This document shows, one piece after another, positions 20,948 to 31,153 of a stretch of DNA of 64,000 nt (positions are counted from its first letter, which is position 1; each line of letters begins with the position of its first letter). A program made the translations under genes and the position numbers. The notes under the pieces were generated by a model. That model ran no database searches. It had not been told where the DNA came from and was given only the letters and a program-made list of their open reading frames with translations. Location of the stretch: positions 672,001-736,000 of the forward strand of contig CAVVLJ010000020.1 of the NCBI GenBank assembly GCA_963749075.1. Reading direction: 5' to 3'. Origin of the DNA: an uncultured Pseudomonadota bacterium. GTDB lineage: Bacteria > Pseudomonadota > Alphaproteobacteria > JACZXZ01.

Positions 20948-22366
20948 GCCGCGCAGCCCACTCGGCGGCGATGACAGAGAAGGTGGACCGCGCAGCCCGT
21001 GGCCAACTCTTGCGCATCGACCGCCAGGAAGATTTGTGCTTCGCGCTGTGGCACCCGAGCCGCGGTCGTAGCCGGACGACCGCGCTCATTGAGCGCCTCA
21101 TCCTGCCTGAAGAGGGGGACCGCCGGATTCACGGCAACGCGAGCTTCGAGCCGGCATTTTTCGAGCGCGCGCTCGGCACCGCCACGGCCCAAGGCGCCGG
21201 CTTGGCGCTTCTACACAGCCATCCGTACGGGCGCGGTTGGCAGGGCATGAGCAAGGACAACGTCGTCGCTGAGCAGGGCCATGCCGGGGCTACCTACGGC
21301 GCGACCGGCTCGCCTCTGGTAGGCTTGACGCTCGCTGGCGATGGCACGTGGAGCGCGCGGTTCTGGGATCGCACTGCACCGCGGACATATCCTGGTGCTT
21401 GGTGTGCCACGGTGCGGGTAATCGGCCAACGCCTCGTCACGATGTATAACCCCGCGCTCGCTCCGCCACCGCGACCGACCGACGAGCAGATCCGGACTAC
21501 CTCGGCCTGGGGCGAAAGCAGCCAAGAGGATCTGGTGCGCCTGCGCGTCGGTGTCGTCGGCGCCGGCAGCGTTGGTGGCATTGTTGCCGAGACTTCTCGC
21601 GCGAACCGGCTTCGAGGATGTGATGCTCATCGATTTCGATCATGTCGAGCGCCATAACCTCGACCGCCTGGTCTATGCGACGCGCGCCGACATCGGCGAG
21701 CTCAAGGTGGAGGTGTTGGCGGAGCATCTGCGCACTCGCGCGACCGCCGCGGCTTTCCGAGTCGAGCCAGTAACCGCCGCCGTGTACGAGGAGGAAGGCT
21801 TCCGGGCGGCTCTTGACTGTAACGTCCTCTTTTCCTGCGTCGACCGTCCGTGGGGCCGGTATGTGTTGAACCTCATCGCCTACGCCCACTTGATCCCGGT
21901 GATCGACGGTGGCATCGCCATCCGAACCAACCGGCTGGGCAAGCTGGCTGCGGCCGATTGGCGCGCGCACACCGCCATGGTTGAACGGTGCTGTCTGCAG
22001 TGCCTCGGTCAATACGACCCCAGCTTAGTACAGATGGAGCGCGAGGGACATCTCGACGATCCGCATTACATCGCCAGTTTGCCGAAAGACCTCCCGCTCA
22101 AGGCCCGCGAGAACGTCTTCGCCTTTGCCTTGTCCACCGGTAGCTTCCAGATGCTGCAACTGCTCGCCCTCGCGCTGGCGCCGCTTGATCAGTCGAACCC
22201 AGGCGCCCAGCGCTATCATTTTGTGGGCCATTTTATGGAGCCACCGGCTTTCAGTGCCTGCCGTCCGGGATGCTTGTTTCCCTCGCTCGCCGGGCACGGC
22301 GATTCGAGCGGATTGGCGGTCACGGGTGCACGGCCGATCAGGCCAAAGAATGACGCCAGCCCGTGA
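20944..22366 (+). CDS. JAB peptidase + E1/ThiF adenylase fusion (+1 frameshift near 21594)
   Basis: QEDL and LLHSHP...MS JAB motif; VGAGSVGG, IDFD.VE..NLDRL, SCVD, CLQC...CRPGC ThiF motifs; ATGA overlap with the upstream gene. Confidence 0.82.
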
Positions 22367-22367
22367 T

Positions 22368-22460
22368 GTGAGCGATCCAAGGGTCTACGTCGGCTACGTA
22401 TTCCTCTACTCCTACGGCCTTGAGCGCAGAGTGTTGCTGGACGGCGCCGGTGACGCGCAA
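22368..22460 (+). pseudogene. Fragment resembling a TerB N-terminal domain
   Basis: DPRVYVGYVFLYSYGLERRVLLD resembles the GYVFLYFYGLERR motif of TerB-N proteins; no full gene around it. Confidence 0.55.
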
Positions 22461-22505
22461 AATGCGCCAGGCACCCTCCGCCGGCCGCGGCTGGCTAATA
22501 TTGGG

Positions 22506-22534
22506 CTTGTCGATCACGGCGCCCGCCCTTATAT
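22506..22534 (+). promoter_or_regulatory. Putative sigma70-type promoter of hpnN copy 2
   Basis: CTTGTC-N17-TTATAT preceded by the same AATATTGGG as at copy 1. Confidence 0.55.
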
Positions 22535-22609
22535 GCACGCCTTGATGGCCGGACGGCGCCGAGGGGATGGTGCGTTGCTTTTGGCCGCAACCGGCTGTTC
22601 TCGCTGTCG

Positions 22610-25321
22610 ATGAGCCCTATACCCGTGCAGGCCGAGGTCCCGGAGGAACATCCGAGCGGCAGTGAGGCCGTGCCCGAGCACCGCCGCCGCCCGTTCGGAC
22701 CGCGCATCGCCTGGGCCCTCGGCTGGTGGGTCGAGCGGGTGCGGCGCTTTGCTTGGCCCGTGGTCGTCGCAGCGCTCTTGGCCACGCTCGCGGGCGGCGT
22801 CTACACCGTGCGGAATCTCCGCATGAATTCCGACAGCGACGCGCTCCTGTCCTCGGCGTTGCCCTATCGCCAGACGCTCAAGGCCTTCAGGACGGCATTT
22901 CCAGAGCTCCGGGGCAATCTCGTCGTCATCGTCGACGGCGACAGTCCCGACCGCGCCGAGGACGCGGCGAACGCGCTCGCCGCCAGGCTCGGCGCCGCGA
23001 GCGCGCTCTTCGAGGACGTCTATTTCCCTACCGGCGAGCCGTTCTTCCGCCGCGAGGGCCTGCTGTTCCTCGATAAGAAGGAGCTCCAGGATCTCTCGGA
23101 CCGCCTGGCGCAGGCCCAGCCGCTCCTCGGCGCGCTCGTCGAGGACCGCAGCCTGCGCGGCCTCTTCGGCGTGCTCCGCGAGGCCACGCTCGGCATCGAG
23201 CACGGCGAGGTCGCCCCCACCCTCCTGGTGCGCCCGCTCGAGGCGATCGGGGACACGGTCCAGGCCGGGCTCGAGGGCAGGCCGGCGCGCTTGAGCTGGC
23301 GCGACCTCATGACGGGTCTCCCCGACCGGCCGGCCGACCGGCGCCAGTTCATCCTCGTCAAGCCGCGGCTCGACCACGGCTCGCTCGCCCCCGCCGAGCG
23401 CGCGATCAAGGCCGTGCACGCCCTCGCGGCGGCGCTCGATCTCGATGCGCGGCACGGCGTGCGCGTGCGCGTGACGGGCGGCCCGGCGCTCGACGAGGAC
23501 GATTTGCGCAGCGCGCGGAACGGCGTCGGGCTCGCCAGCATGATCTCGCTCGTGCTCGTCTCCATCATCGTCTGCATCGGCCTGCGCTCGCCCAAGCTGA
23601 TCTTCGCGACGCTCGCGACGCTGATCCTGAGCCTGATATGGACCGCGGCCTTCGCCACGCTAGCCATCGGCTATCTCAACATGATCTCGATCGCCTTCGC
23701 CGTGCTCTTCATCGGCCTCGCGGTCGATTTCAGCATCCAGTTCGGGCTGCGCTACAAGGAGAGCGTGGATCACGGCGCCGGTCTCGCGGCAGCACTCGAG
23801 CGCGCGGCGCGGGGCACCGGCGTCGCGGTCGGCCTGGCCGCACTCTGCGCCGCGGTCGGCTTCTTCGCCTTCGTGCCGACCGACTATACGGGCCTCTCCC
23901 AGCTCGGCATCATCGCCGGCGGCGGCATGTTCATCGGGCTCTTCGCGACGCTGACGCTGCTGCCGGCGCTGCTGGCGCTCATGCCCATCAAGCCGAGCGC
24001 CCGGCCGATCGAGGAGAGGAACCGGCTCGTCGTGGCGGCGTTTCTCGACCGCCACGCGCGGGCGGTGTGCCTCGCGGCACTTGCCATCGGCCTCGTCTCG
24101 CTCGCGGCCGTTCCCTTCGCGCGCTTCGACTTCGATCCCATCAATCTCAAGAACCCGAACACCGAGTCGGTGCAGGCCTATTTGGAATTGACCAAGGACG
24201 CCGGCACCTCGCCCTATTCGCTCAACGTCGTGGCGCCGAACCTCGCGGATGCCGATGCGCTGGCCAAACGGCTCGACCGGCTGCCCGAGGTGGACAGCAC
24301 GGTGACGCTGAGCTCCTTCATTCCGCAGGGCGCCGCGGCAAAGCTGGGGCTCATCGATCAGATGGCGACCTTCCTGACGCCCGTGCTGCAGGAGCCCGAG
24401 CCGAAGCCGCCGCCGAGCGACGCCGAGCGGCGCGCCGCCTCGGAGGCGCTGCGCCAGGCCCTCGTCGAGCTCGCCGTCTCGCCCAAGGCGGGCGCCGTCG
24501 CCGCCTCCGCAAGGCGCCTGGCCGAGCTGCTCGCGCGCTTCAACGACGGCCCCGGCAGGGATCTCGCCGCCTATAGCCGGCTCGAGACCGCCCTCGTCGG
24601 CAACCTGCCGGGCCGTCTCGACAGCCTCATCGACCTCATGCAGGCGGGACCCGTCACCTACGGCACGCTGCCGTACAATCTGCGGGAGCGCTACGTCACC
24701 CCCGACGGCCGCGCGCGCGTCGAGATCTTCCCGGCTCAGAATCTCACCAACGAGGTCGCCTTGCGCCGCTTCGTCGAGTCCGTGCGCACCGTGGCGCCCG
24801 ATGCCACCGGGGCACCCGTCGAGCTCCTCGAAGGCGGCAAGCTCGTCATCGGCGCCTTCGAGCAGGCGGGCGCCATAGCGCTCGTCGCCATCAGCCTGCT
24901 CCTCGTCCTCGTGCTGCGCAGCGTTTGGGACTCCCTCCTCGTGCTCTTGCCGCTGGCGCTCGCGGCGGCGCTCACGGTGGCCCTCGTCGTGGTGACCGGG
25001 CAGGCCTTCAATTTCGCCAATATCATCGCACTGCCGCTCCTCTTCAGCCTCGGCGTCGCCTTCGGCATCTACTTCGTGCTGCGCCACCGCGAGACCCGCG
25101 GGGTCGCCCAGCTCATGCGCACCAGCACGCCGCGCGCGGTGCTCTTCTCGGCGCTCACCACCATGGTCTCGTTCTCGAGCCTCATGGTGTCGAGCCACCG
25201 CGGGATGGCGAGCATGGGCTATCTCCTCGGCATCTGCCTGTCGCTGGCGCTGATCTGCACCCTCGTCGTGCTGCCCGCACTCCTCACCTGGCGCGAGCAG
25301 CATCGCGGGGAGACGCCATGA
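22610..25321 (+). CDS. hpnN: Hopanoid RND/MMPL transporter HpnN, copy 2
   Basis: Intact 903 aa ORF with the same motifs as copy 1; ATGA overlap with hpnA. Confidence 0.92.
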   Translation: MSPIPVQAEVPEEHPSGSEAVPEHRRRPFGPRIAWALGWWVERVRRFAWPVVVAALLATLAGGVYTVRNLRMNSDSDALLSSALPYRQTLKAFRTAFPELRGNLVVIVDGDSPDRAEDAANALAARLGAASALFEDVYFPTGEPFFRREGLLFLDKKELQDLSDRLAQAQPLLGALVEDRSLRGLFGVLREATLGIEHGEVAPTLLVRPLEAIGDTVQAGLEGRPARLSWRDLMTGLPDRPADRRQFILVKPRLDHGSLAPAERAIKAVHALAAALDLDARHGVRVRVTGGPALDEDDLRSARNGVGLASMISLVLVSIIVCIGLRSPKLIFATLATLILSLIWTAAFATLAIGYLNMISIAFAVLFIGLAVDFSIQFGLRYKESVDHGAGLAAALERAARGTGVAVGLAALCAAVGFFAFVPTDYTGLSQLGIIAGGGMFIGLFATLTLLPALLALMPIKPSARPIEERNRLVVAAFLDRHARAVCLAALAIGLVSLAAVPFARFDFDPINLKNPNTESVQAYLELTKDAGTSPYSLNVVAPNLADADALAKRLDRLPEVDSTVTLSSFIPQGAAAKLGLIDQMATFLTPVLQEPEPKPPPSDAERRAASEALRQALVELAVSPKAGAVAASARRLAELLARFNDGPGRDLAAYSRLETALVGNLPGRLDSLIDLMQAGPVTYGTLPYNLRERYVTPDGRARVEIFPAQNLTNEVALRRFVESVRTVAPDATGAPVELLEGGKLVIGAFEQAGAIALVAISLLLVLVLRSVWDSLLVLLPLALAAALTVALVVVTGQAFNFANIIALPLLFSLGVAFGIYFVLRHRETRGVAQLMRTSTPRAVLFSALTTMVSFSSLMVSSHRGMASMGYLLGICLSLALICTLVVLPALLTWREQHRGETP

Positions 25322-26313
25322 GGGCGCTCGTCACCGGTGCCGCGGGCTTCATCGGCTCGGCCGTGCTCCGCCGCGCCATCGAGGAGGGCTTCGAGACCGT
25401 GGCCCTCGTCCGCGCGGGCAGCGACCGGCGCAACCTCGCGGGGCTGCCGTGCGAGCTGCGCCAGGGCGATCTCGGCGACCCGCCGTCGCTCGCGGCCGCA
25501 CTCGAGGGCTGCCAGGCGCTCTTCCACGTCGCCGCCGATTACCGCCTCTGGGTGCCCAAGCCGGAGGCGATCTACCGCACCAACGTGGAGGGCACGCTGA
25601 GCCTGATGCGCGCTGCCCTCGCGGCGCGGCTCTCCCGCATCGTCTACACGAGCAGCGTGGCCACGCTCGGACTCAATCCCGACGGCACGCCGGCGGACGA
25701 GGACACCCCCTCCACGCTTGCCGACATGATCGGGCACTACAAGCGCTCCAAGTTCCTCGCCGAGGAGGAGGTGAGGCGCCTCGTGCGCGAGGAGGGGCTG
25801 CCGGCCGTCATCGTCAATCCCTCGGCGCCCATCGGTCCGCGCGACGTGCGCCCGACCCCGACCGGGCGCATGATCGTCGAGGCGGCGAGCGGCAAGATGC
25901 CGGCTTATGTGGATACCGGGCTCAACGTCGTCCACGTCGACGACGTGGCGCACGGCCATCTCCTTGCCTTCGCGCGCGGCAGGCTCGGCGAGCGCTACAT
26001 CCTGGGCGGCGACAACATGTCGCTCAGGCAGATTCTCGCCGAGGTGGCGCGGCTCACCGGCCGCCCGCCGCCGCGCATCCGCCTGCCGCACAATCTCGTG
26101 CTGCCCATCGCCTATGCGGCCGAGGCCTGGGCGCGCCTCGCCGGGCGCGGCGAACCCATCGCCACGGTCGACGGCGTGCGGCTCGCCAAGAAATATATGT
26201 ATTTCAAGTCCGACAAGGCGGCGCGCGAGCTCGGCTATGGCGCGCGTCCGGCGGCCGAGGCCATCGCCGACGCCGTTCGCTGGTTCGGGGCGAACGGCTA
26301 TCTCAACGGCTGA
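25318..26313 (+). CDS. hpnA: Hopanoid-associated NAD-dependent epimerase
   Basis: VTGAAGFIG, FHVAADYRLW, IGHYKRSK, PIGPRDVRPTPTG. Confidence 0.92.
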   Translation: MRALVTGAAGFIGSAVLRRAIEEGFETVALVRAGSDRRNLAGLPCELRQGDLGDPPSLAAALEGCQALFHVAADYRLWVPKPEAIYRTNVEGTLSLMRAALAARLSRIVYTSSVATLGLNPDGTPADEDTPSTLADMIGHYKRSKFLAEEEVRRLVREEGLPAVIVNPSAPIGPRDVRPTPTGRMIVEAASGKMPAYVDTGLNVVHVDDVAHGHLLAFARGRLGERYILGGDNMSLRQILAEVARLTGRPPPRIRLPHNLVLPIAYAAEAWARLAGRGEPIATVDGVRLAKKYMYFKSDKAARELGYGARPAAEAIADAVRWFGANGYLNG

Positions 26314-26341
26314 TGCGCGTCTCGCAACCGTGGCCCGCGCG

Positions 26342-27712
26342 TCACGATTCGCGGTCTGCCGGCGCCGTCTGATCGAGCCTGCCGATGAGCGCCTCAACGC
26401 AATCGGCCCAGGTTCGGGGACGGTATTCGGCCAGCAGCCGCGCCTCCCGTGCCGCCAGATAGCCGGGATCGAAGAGCAACCTCTCGATCTTCGCCAGCGC
26501 GTCCTCATCGTTCGACGGATCGAAATAATCGACGAAGTCGCCGCCCACCTCGGGGATCGATGTGCGGTCCGAGGCGACGCAGAACTTGCCCTGCGCGAGG
26601 CTTTCCGCGATCGGCAATCCCCAGCCCTCGCAAAGGCTCGGAAATATCGTGAACCAGCAGGACCGATAAGCCTCGCGCAGCTCGGCATCCGACAAGTCGG
26701 GCATGAGCTTGACCTTGCCGCCCAGGTAGTCGCTCGCCGCGAGGTCCGCGAGCAAGTCGTCCACCAGCCAGCCGATCTGGCCGGCGAAGATGAGGACCGG
26801 TATGGCATCCGCGCCGTGACGCTCCAGCAACCGCCGCCATATTCTGACGAGCATCCGGTGATTCTTGCGGATTTCAATCGTGGAAACGAACAGCACGTAG
26901 CGCTGAGGAAGGCGGAGCGTTTTCCGGTCCCCGGCGAGCGGCCGGTCGCTCAAGGCGGCGCCCGGCTCCAGGACCTCGACGCGAGGCAGCGACCATCCCG
27001 CGGCTGCGGCCAGGCTCAAGAGCGCATCCCGCGAATACTTCGACACGGTGAGCACCACATCCGCAATGGGTATGGCCTCTTGCAGCCACTTCCGGAATTG
27101 GAGAACGTGCCGTTGCTCGACAAAGGATTCGTTTTCGATCGGAATGAGATCGTAGATCAGGGTCGAGAACTTGATCCCGTAGCGCCGCTTCGCTTCGGCA
27201 ATACGCTGCGCGTAGCGAGGCAATGCCCAGGAGGCGCCGAGCGAAACGAGGATGTCGCCGCGGCGCACGGAGCGCTCGAAACGGCGGCGCTGGCTTCTCA
27301 TCTCGACGAGGTCGCGAAGCGCCGCCTTGAATATCCAGAAGAAAAATCGCGGATGACGGATGATCGCGGGCAGCATTTTGGAGCATTCGCTCAAGACCCG
27401 CGCCGGCTCCCAGACCGTCTTCCACGGGGCGCCGGCGCCTGGGGGGTTCAAGTAGGCCGAGATGACCGCATCGAACCCGATGGGCTCGAATTGCTTGCTG
27501 TACACGCTGAGCCGGCAAAACCTCACGCGTCCCGTACGGCCGTAAAGCCTCTCGGCCTCGACGAAAATCTCGAACGGCACGCGTTGCAGGCCGGTCGGGT
27601 TGCGAAAGTGATCGAAATACCGGAGAAAATCCTCGACTTCGAACCACACGACGGGCTGGCCGTTCGCCCGGGCGCAATCGTCTCGGTCAGCTGGTTCGTC
27701 GATACGGTTCAT
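26342..27712 (-). CDS. Glycosyltransferase family 4
   Basis: TGLQRV, YDLIP, VSTIEIRKNH, PSLCEGWGLPIAESL, SIPEVGG; start uncertain. Confidence 0.88.
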   Translation of the reverse strand: MNRIDEPADRDDCARANGQPVVWFEVEDFLRYFDHFRNPTGLQRVPFEIFVEAERLYGRTGRVRFCRLSVYSKQFEPIGFDAVISAYLNPPGAGAPWKTVWEPARVLSECSKMLPAIIRHPRFFFWIFKAALRDLVEMRSQRRRFERSVRRGDILVSLGASWALPRYAQRIAEAKRRYGIKFSTLIYDLIPIENESFVEQRHVLQFRKWLQEAIPIADVVLTVSKYSRDALLSLAAAAGWSLPRVEVLEPGAALSDRPLAGDRKTLRLPQRYVLFVSTIEIRKNHRMLVRIWRRLLERHGADAIPVLIFAGQIGWLVDDLLADLAASDYLGGKVKLMPDLSDAELREAYRSCWFTIFPSLCEGWGLPIAESLAQGKFCVASDRTSIPEVGGDFVDYFDPSNDEDALAKIERLLFDPGYLAAREARLLAEYRPRTWADCVEALIGRLDQTAPADRES

Positions 27713-28377
27713 GTGGCCGTTCCCAGATTGCGCCCGCTCGTGTCGGCCGGCAATCGAGATCGCGGCCCTTAGGATGTTCACCCGATATTCCCCAAATGAC
27801 CAGGGATCGGCGTGAAAGATAACAGTCCGCCGGGATACGTGAAATGCAATTGGCGAGGTGCGCAAGGCCCCCTGCGCCGGGTACGGGCGGGACCGCTCTG
27901 GGGAGGCCGGCTCGGCCCTTGCCCGCGTCTCATTCGGAAACAGTCCCCTCGTTGTGGCGACGCATGCGACCGCCCCGGTTGCTACGCGGGGGCCGGTCTT
28001 ATCCTGCGCCGGCCCGCGGTCGCCGTCAGGCTCGCTCGGCCTTCTATGACCATTCGGCCATTACGCTTGAATTGCCGCGAGAACGACGCAAATTATGGCG
28101 TCATCCGGAGGTGCTCGGGTTGCGCGCGCGCGATCGCCTCCGGCTTGAGGGGCGATGCCCCCGGAGGGGCATGGTTGAAGGTTCTCGGAATGTGCCGCGC
28201 GCGGTGCCGCCGCCGGGCGATTCCGTGGCGTGGGGCGTCGATTCATGTTATTGAGCCGGGGGGGGAGAGCCCGGCTGGCTAGGGCCGGGTTCGATGAGGA
28301 AGTGGTTAGGCTGCAACGGGGAAGGCGGCGGGCAGGCCGGCCGCGCCGCGTTGCATAAGCGAGCGAAAGAGGGGTGC

Positions 28378-29313
28378 ATGCGGGTCGTCCTTGCCCAACC
28401 GAGGGGGTTCTGCGCCGGCGTCGAGCGCGCCATCGAGATCGTCGAGCGCGCCCTCAAGCGCTACGGTCCGCCTGTCTACGTGCGCCACGAGATCGTGCAC
28501 AACAAGCGCGTGGTCGAGGACCTCAAGGCCAAGGGCGCCATCTTCGTCGAGGAGCTCGACGGGGTGCCGAAGGGCGCCATCACGGTGTTCAGCGCCCACG
28601 GCGTCGCCCAGACCGTCGAGGACGAGGCGATGGGCCGCGAGCTGCCCGTGATCGACGCCACCTGCCCGCTCGTCGCCAAGGTGCACAAGGAAGGCCAGCG
28701 CTACTCGGAGAGCGGCTACGAGGTGGTGCTCATCGGGCACAAGGGCCACCCCGAGGTCGAGGGCACCATGGGCCGCATCCCGGGCAAGGTGCATCTCGTC
28801 TCCAAGGCGGGCGACGTGGCCAAGCTCACCGTGAGCGACCCGAGCAGGCTCGCCTACGTCACCCAGACGACGCTCTCGGTCGACGACACCCGCGAGGTGA
28901 TCGAGGCGCTGCGCCGGCGCTTCCCGCGCATCCTCGGGCCGGACGTGAAGGACATCTGCTACGCCACCCAGAACCGCCAGGCGGCGGTGCGCGAGCTCGC
29001 GCGCGAGGTCGACGTGATCCTCGTGGTCGGCGCCAAGAACAGCTCAAATTCCAACCGGCTCCGCGAGATCGGCTCCGAGATGGGGGTGGCGAGCTACCTG
29101 ATCGACGACGCCGGCCAGCTCGATCCGCGCTGGCTCAAAGGGGCGGAGGCGGTGGGGATCACGGCCGGCGCCTCGGCGCCGGAGGAGCTGGTGCAGGAGC
29201 TCATCGCGCGGCTCAGGGACTTCGATCAGGTCGAGGTGAGCGTGCTCGACGGCATCCAGGAGAACGTGCAGTTCAAGCTGCCGGCCGAGCTGCGCGACGA
29301 GGCCGTCGCCTGA
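28378..29313 (+). CDS. ispH: 4-hydroxy-3-methylbut-2-enyl diphosphate reductase
   Basis: [36 protein letters not shown]. Confidence 0.96.
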   Translation: MRVVLAQPRGFCAGVERAIEIVERALKRYGPPVYVRHEIVHNKRVVEDLKAKGAIFVEELDGVPKGAITVFSAHGVAQTVEDEAMGRELPVIDATCPLVAKVHKEGQRYSESGYEVVLIGHKGHPEVEGTMGRIPGKVHLVSKAGDVAKLTVSDPSRLAYVTQTTLSVDDTREVIEALRRRFPRILGPDVKDICYATQNRQAAVRELAREVDVILVVGAKNSSNSNRLREIGSEMGVASYLIDDAGQLDPRWLKGAEAVGITAGASAPEELVQELIARLRDFDQVEVSVLDGIQENVQFKLPAELRDEAVA

Positions 29314-29359
29314 GCCGGGGCGCGGCACGAGGGGAAGCGATTTCGCGAGGAGTTGAGAC

Positions 29360-30511
29360 GTGGGCGTACCTTTGATCCAGATGATGCGCGTCGGCGCATA
29401 TATCGTGAAGCAGCAGCTCTTGGGCAAAAAGCGCTACCCGCTCGTGCTCATGCTCGAGCCGCTCTTCCGCTGCAACCTCGCCTGCCCCGGCTGCGGCAAG
29501 ATCGACTATCCGGACGAGATCCTGAACAAGCGCCTCTCCGTGGCCGAATGCCTCGAGGCGGTCGACGAGTGCGGGGCACCGGTGGTCTCGATCCCGGGCG
29601 GCGAGCCGCTCCTCCACAAGGAGATCGACAAGATCGTGGCGGGCATCGTCGCGCGCAAGAAGTTCGTCTATCTCTGCACCAACGCGCTGCTCCTCGAGAA
29701 GAAGCTCGACCTCTTCACGCCGTCGCCCTATCTCACCTTCTCCGTGCACCTCGACGGGCTCAAGGAGGAGCACGATCACGCGGTGGCGCAAGCGGGCGTC
29801 TTCGAGCGCGCCACCGCCGCCGTCGCCAAGGCCAAGGCGCGGGGCTTCCGGGTGAGCGTCAATGCCACGCTCTTCGACGGGCTCGACCCCGACCGCATCG
29901 CCTCCTTCCTCGACTACGCGAGCTTCGAGCTCAAGGTCGACGCCATCACCATCTCGCCGGGCTACGCCTACGAGCGCGCACCCGACCAGCAGCACTTCCT
30001 CAACCGCCAGAAGACCAAGCAGCTCTTCCGCGAGGTGTTCAAGCGCGGCCGCGGCAAGAAGTGGCGCTTCTCCCAGTCGAGCCTCTTCCTCGATTTCCTC
30101 GCCGGCAACCAGCAGTATCATTGCACGCCGTGGGGCAACCCGACGCGCAACGTCTTCGGCTGGCAGCGGCCGTGCTATCTCCTGGGCGAAGGCTATGCGC
30201 GGAGCTTCAGCGAGCTCATGGCGACGACCGAGTGGGAGAAATACGGCACGGGCAATTACGAGAAATGCGCCAACTGCATGGTGCATTGCGGCTACGAGCC
30301 GACCGCGGCCGACGATTCGCTGCGCCATCCCTTGAAGGCCTTCATGGTCTCGCTGCGCGGGCCCAAGACCGAGGGCCCGATGGTGGCGGACATCCCCCTC
30401 GACCGGCAGCGGCCCGCGGAATACGTCTTCGAGGCCAATGTGCAGAAGGCGCTCGGCGAGCTACACGAGGAAGCCGAACGCCGGGCCAAGGTCGGCAGCC
30501 AGGCGGCCTAG
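29360..30511 (+). CDS. hpnH: Adenosyl-hopene transferase, radical SAM
   Basis: [23 protein letters not shown]; CTPWG; [12 protein letters not shown]. Confidence 0.95.
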   Translation: MGVPLIQMMRVGAYIVKQQLLGKKRYPLVLMLEPLFRCNLACPGCGKIDYPDEILNKRLSVAECLEAVDECGAPVVSIPGGEPLLHKEIDKIVAGIVARKKFVYLCTNALLLEKKLDLFTPSPYLTFSVHLDGLKEEHDHAVAQAGVFERATAAVAKAKARGFRVSVNATLFDGLDPDRIASFLDYASFELKVDAITISPGYAYERAPDQQHFLNRQKTKQLFREVFKRGRGKKWRFSQSSLFLDFLAGNQQYHCTPWGNPTRNVFGWQRPCYLLGEGYARSFSELMATTEWEKYGTGNYEKCANCMVHCGYEPTAADDSLRHPLKAFMVSLRGPKTEGPMVADIPLDRQRPAEYVFEANVQKALGELHEEAERRAKVGSQAA

Positions 30512-31153
30512 GACGGCGAGGGCCCGCCGGTGGTCGCGGGCGAGTGCCAGGAGCTGGGGCAGCTCCGCGGGCCGCAAAAGAAGCCGGAACAGCACCGGAA
30601 GGACGCGGCTCGTGCCGTCGGGCGCTAGGCCTGCAAGCGCCGCCTGAGGCAGTGCGCGCCCCGCCGGATCGAGGATCACGCGCAAGGCCATGAAGGGGAC
30701 GCCCGCCTCATGGGCCGCGCGCGCCACCCCATGGCTCTCCATATCGACCGCCTGCGCGCCGCTGCTTTGCGCGAGCGCCGCCTTGGCGGCGGCCGTTGCC
30801 GCCGCCTCCTCGCGGCCGGCGATGCTGCCCTCGCGCGCGCGGGCACCCAGTGCCGCGGCGAGGCTGCGGCGCCAGGCGGCCGAGGTCTCGAGCCGCCGGC
30901 CGTCGGGGAGCACGATGAGGCTCGCGAGGAGCGCATCTCCGCTCGCCAGCTCGGAATCGAGGCCGCCCGCGAGGCCGAAGCTCAAGAGCGCCCCAGCGCC
31001 TTGCGCGAGAAGCGCCTTGGCACCCTCGTAAGCACGCTCCGGCCGCGCGCCGGAGACGAAGAGGAGCGGGCGGCGGGCGGCGGCGAGCGCCGCGGAGGGG
31101 GCCGCCGCGGCCGCCGCCTCGGCTGCCATGCCGACGACGACGCCGATGCGCAT
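30461..31153 (-). CDS. hpnG: Hopanoid-associated nucleosidase/phosphorylase
   Basis: [26 protein letters not shown]; TGATG coupling to shc. Confidence 0.85.
   Translation of the reverse strand: MRIGVVVGMAAEAAAAAAPSAALAAARRPLLFVSGARPERAYEGAKALLAQGAGALLSFGLAGGLDSELASGDALLASLIVLPDGRRLETSAAWRRSLAAALGARAREGSIAGREEAAATAAAKAALAQSSGAQAVDMESHGVARAAHEAGVPFMALRVILDPAGRALPQAALAGLAPDGTSRVLPVLFRLLLRPAELPQLLALARDHRRALAVLGRLAADLGPAFGFLV

Larger units (their letters stand above)
17485..22480. mobile_element. Lower-GC defence-type island between the two hpnN copies (no integrase or att site seen)
   Basis: Visible rise in A/T and atypical codon use; cargo is a TA/regulator operon, ubiquitination-like genes and a TerB-N relic; boundaries approximate. 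Confidence 0.65.

Noticed and set aside
21259-21264. JAB domain inactive because SxxD reads SKDN
   Set aside because: AACGTC is one base from GACGTC, the motif miscalled elsewhere; not accepted without resequencing
20944-22366. ThiF/MoeB cofactor-biosynthesis gene
   Set aside because: It is fused to JAB and coupled to a Ubl-E2 gene, with no thiamine or molybdopterin genes nearby
17485-22480. Island as a prophage, ICE or transposon; or as CBASS or canonical Bil
   Set aside because: No integrase, transposase, tRNA target or flanking direct repeat was seen; there is no CD-NTase, and the E1/E2 lack the catalytic Cys of Cap2 and Bil
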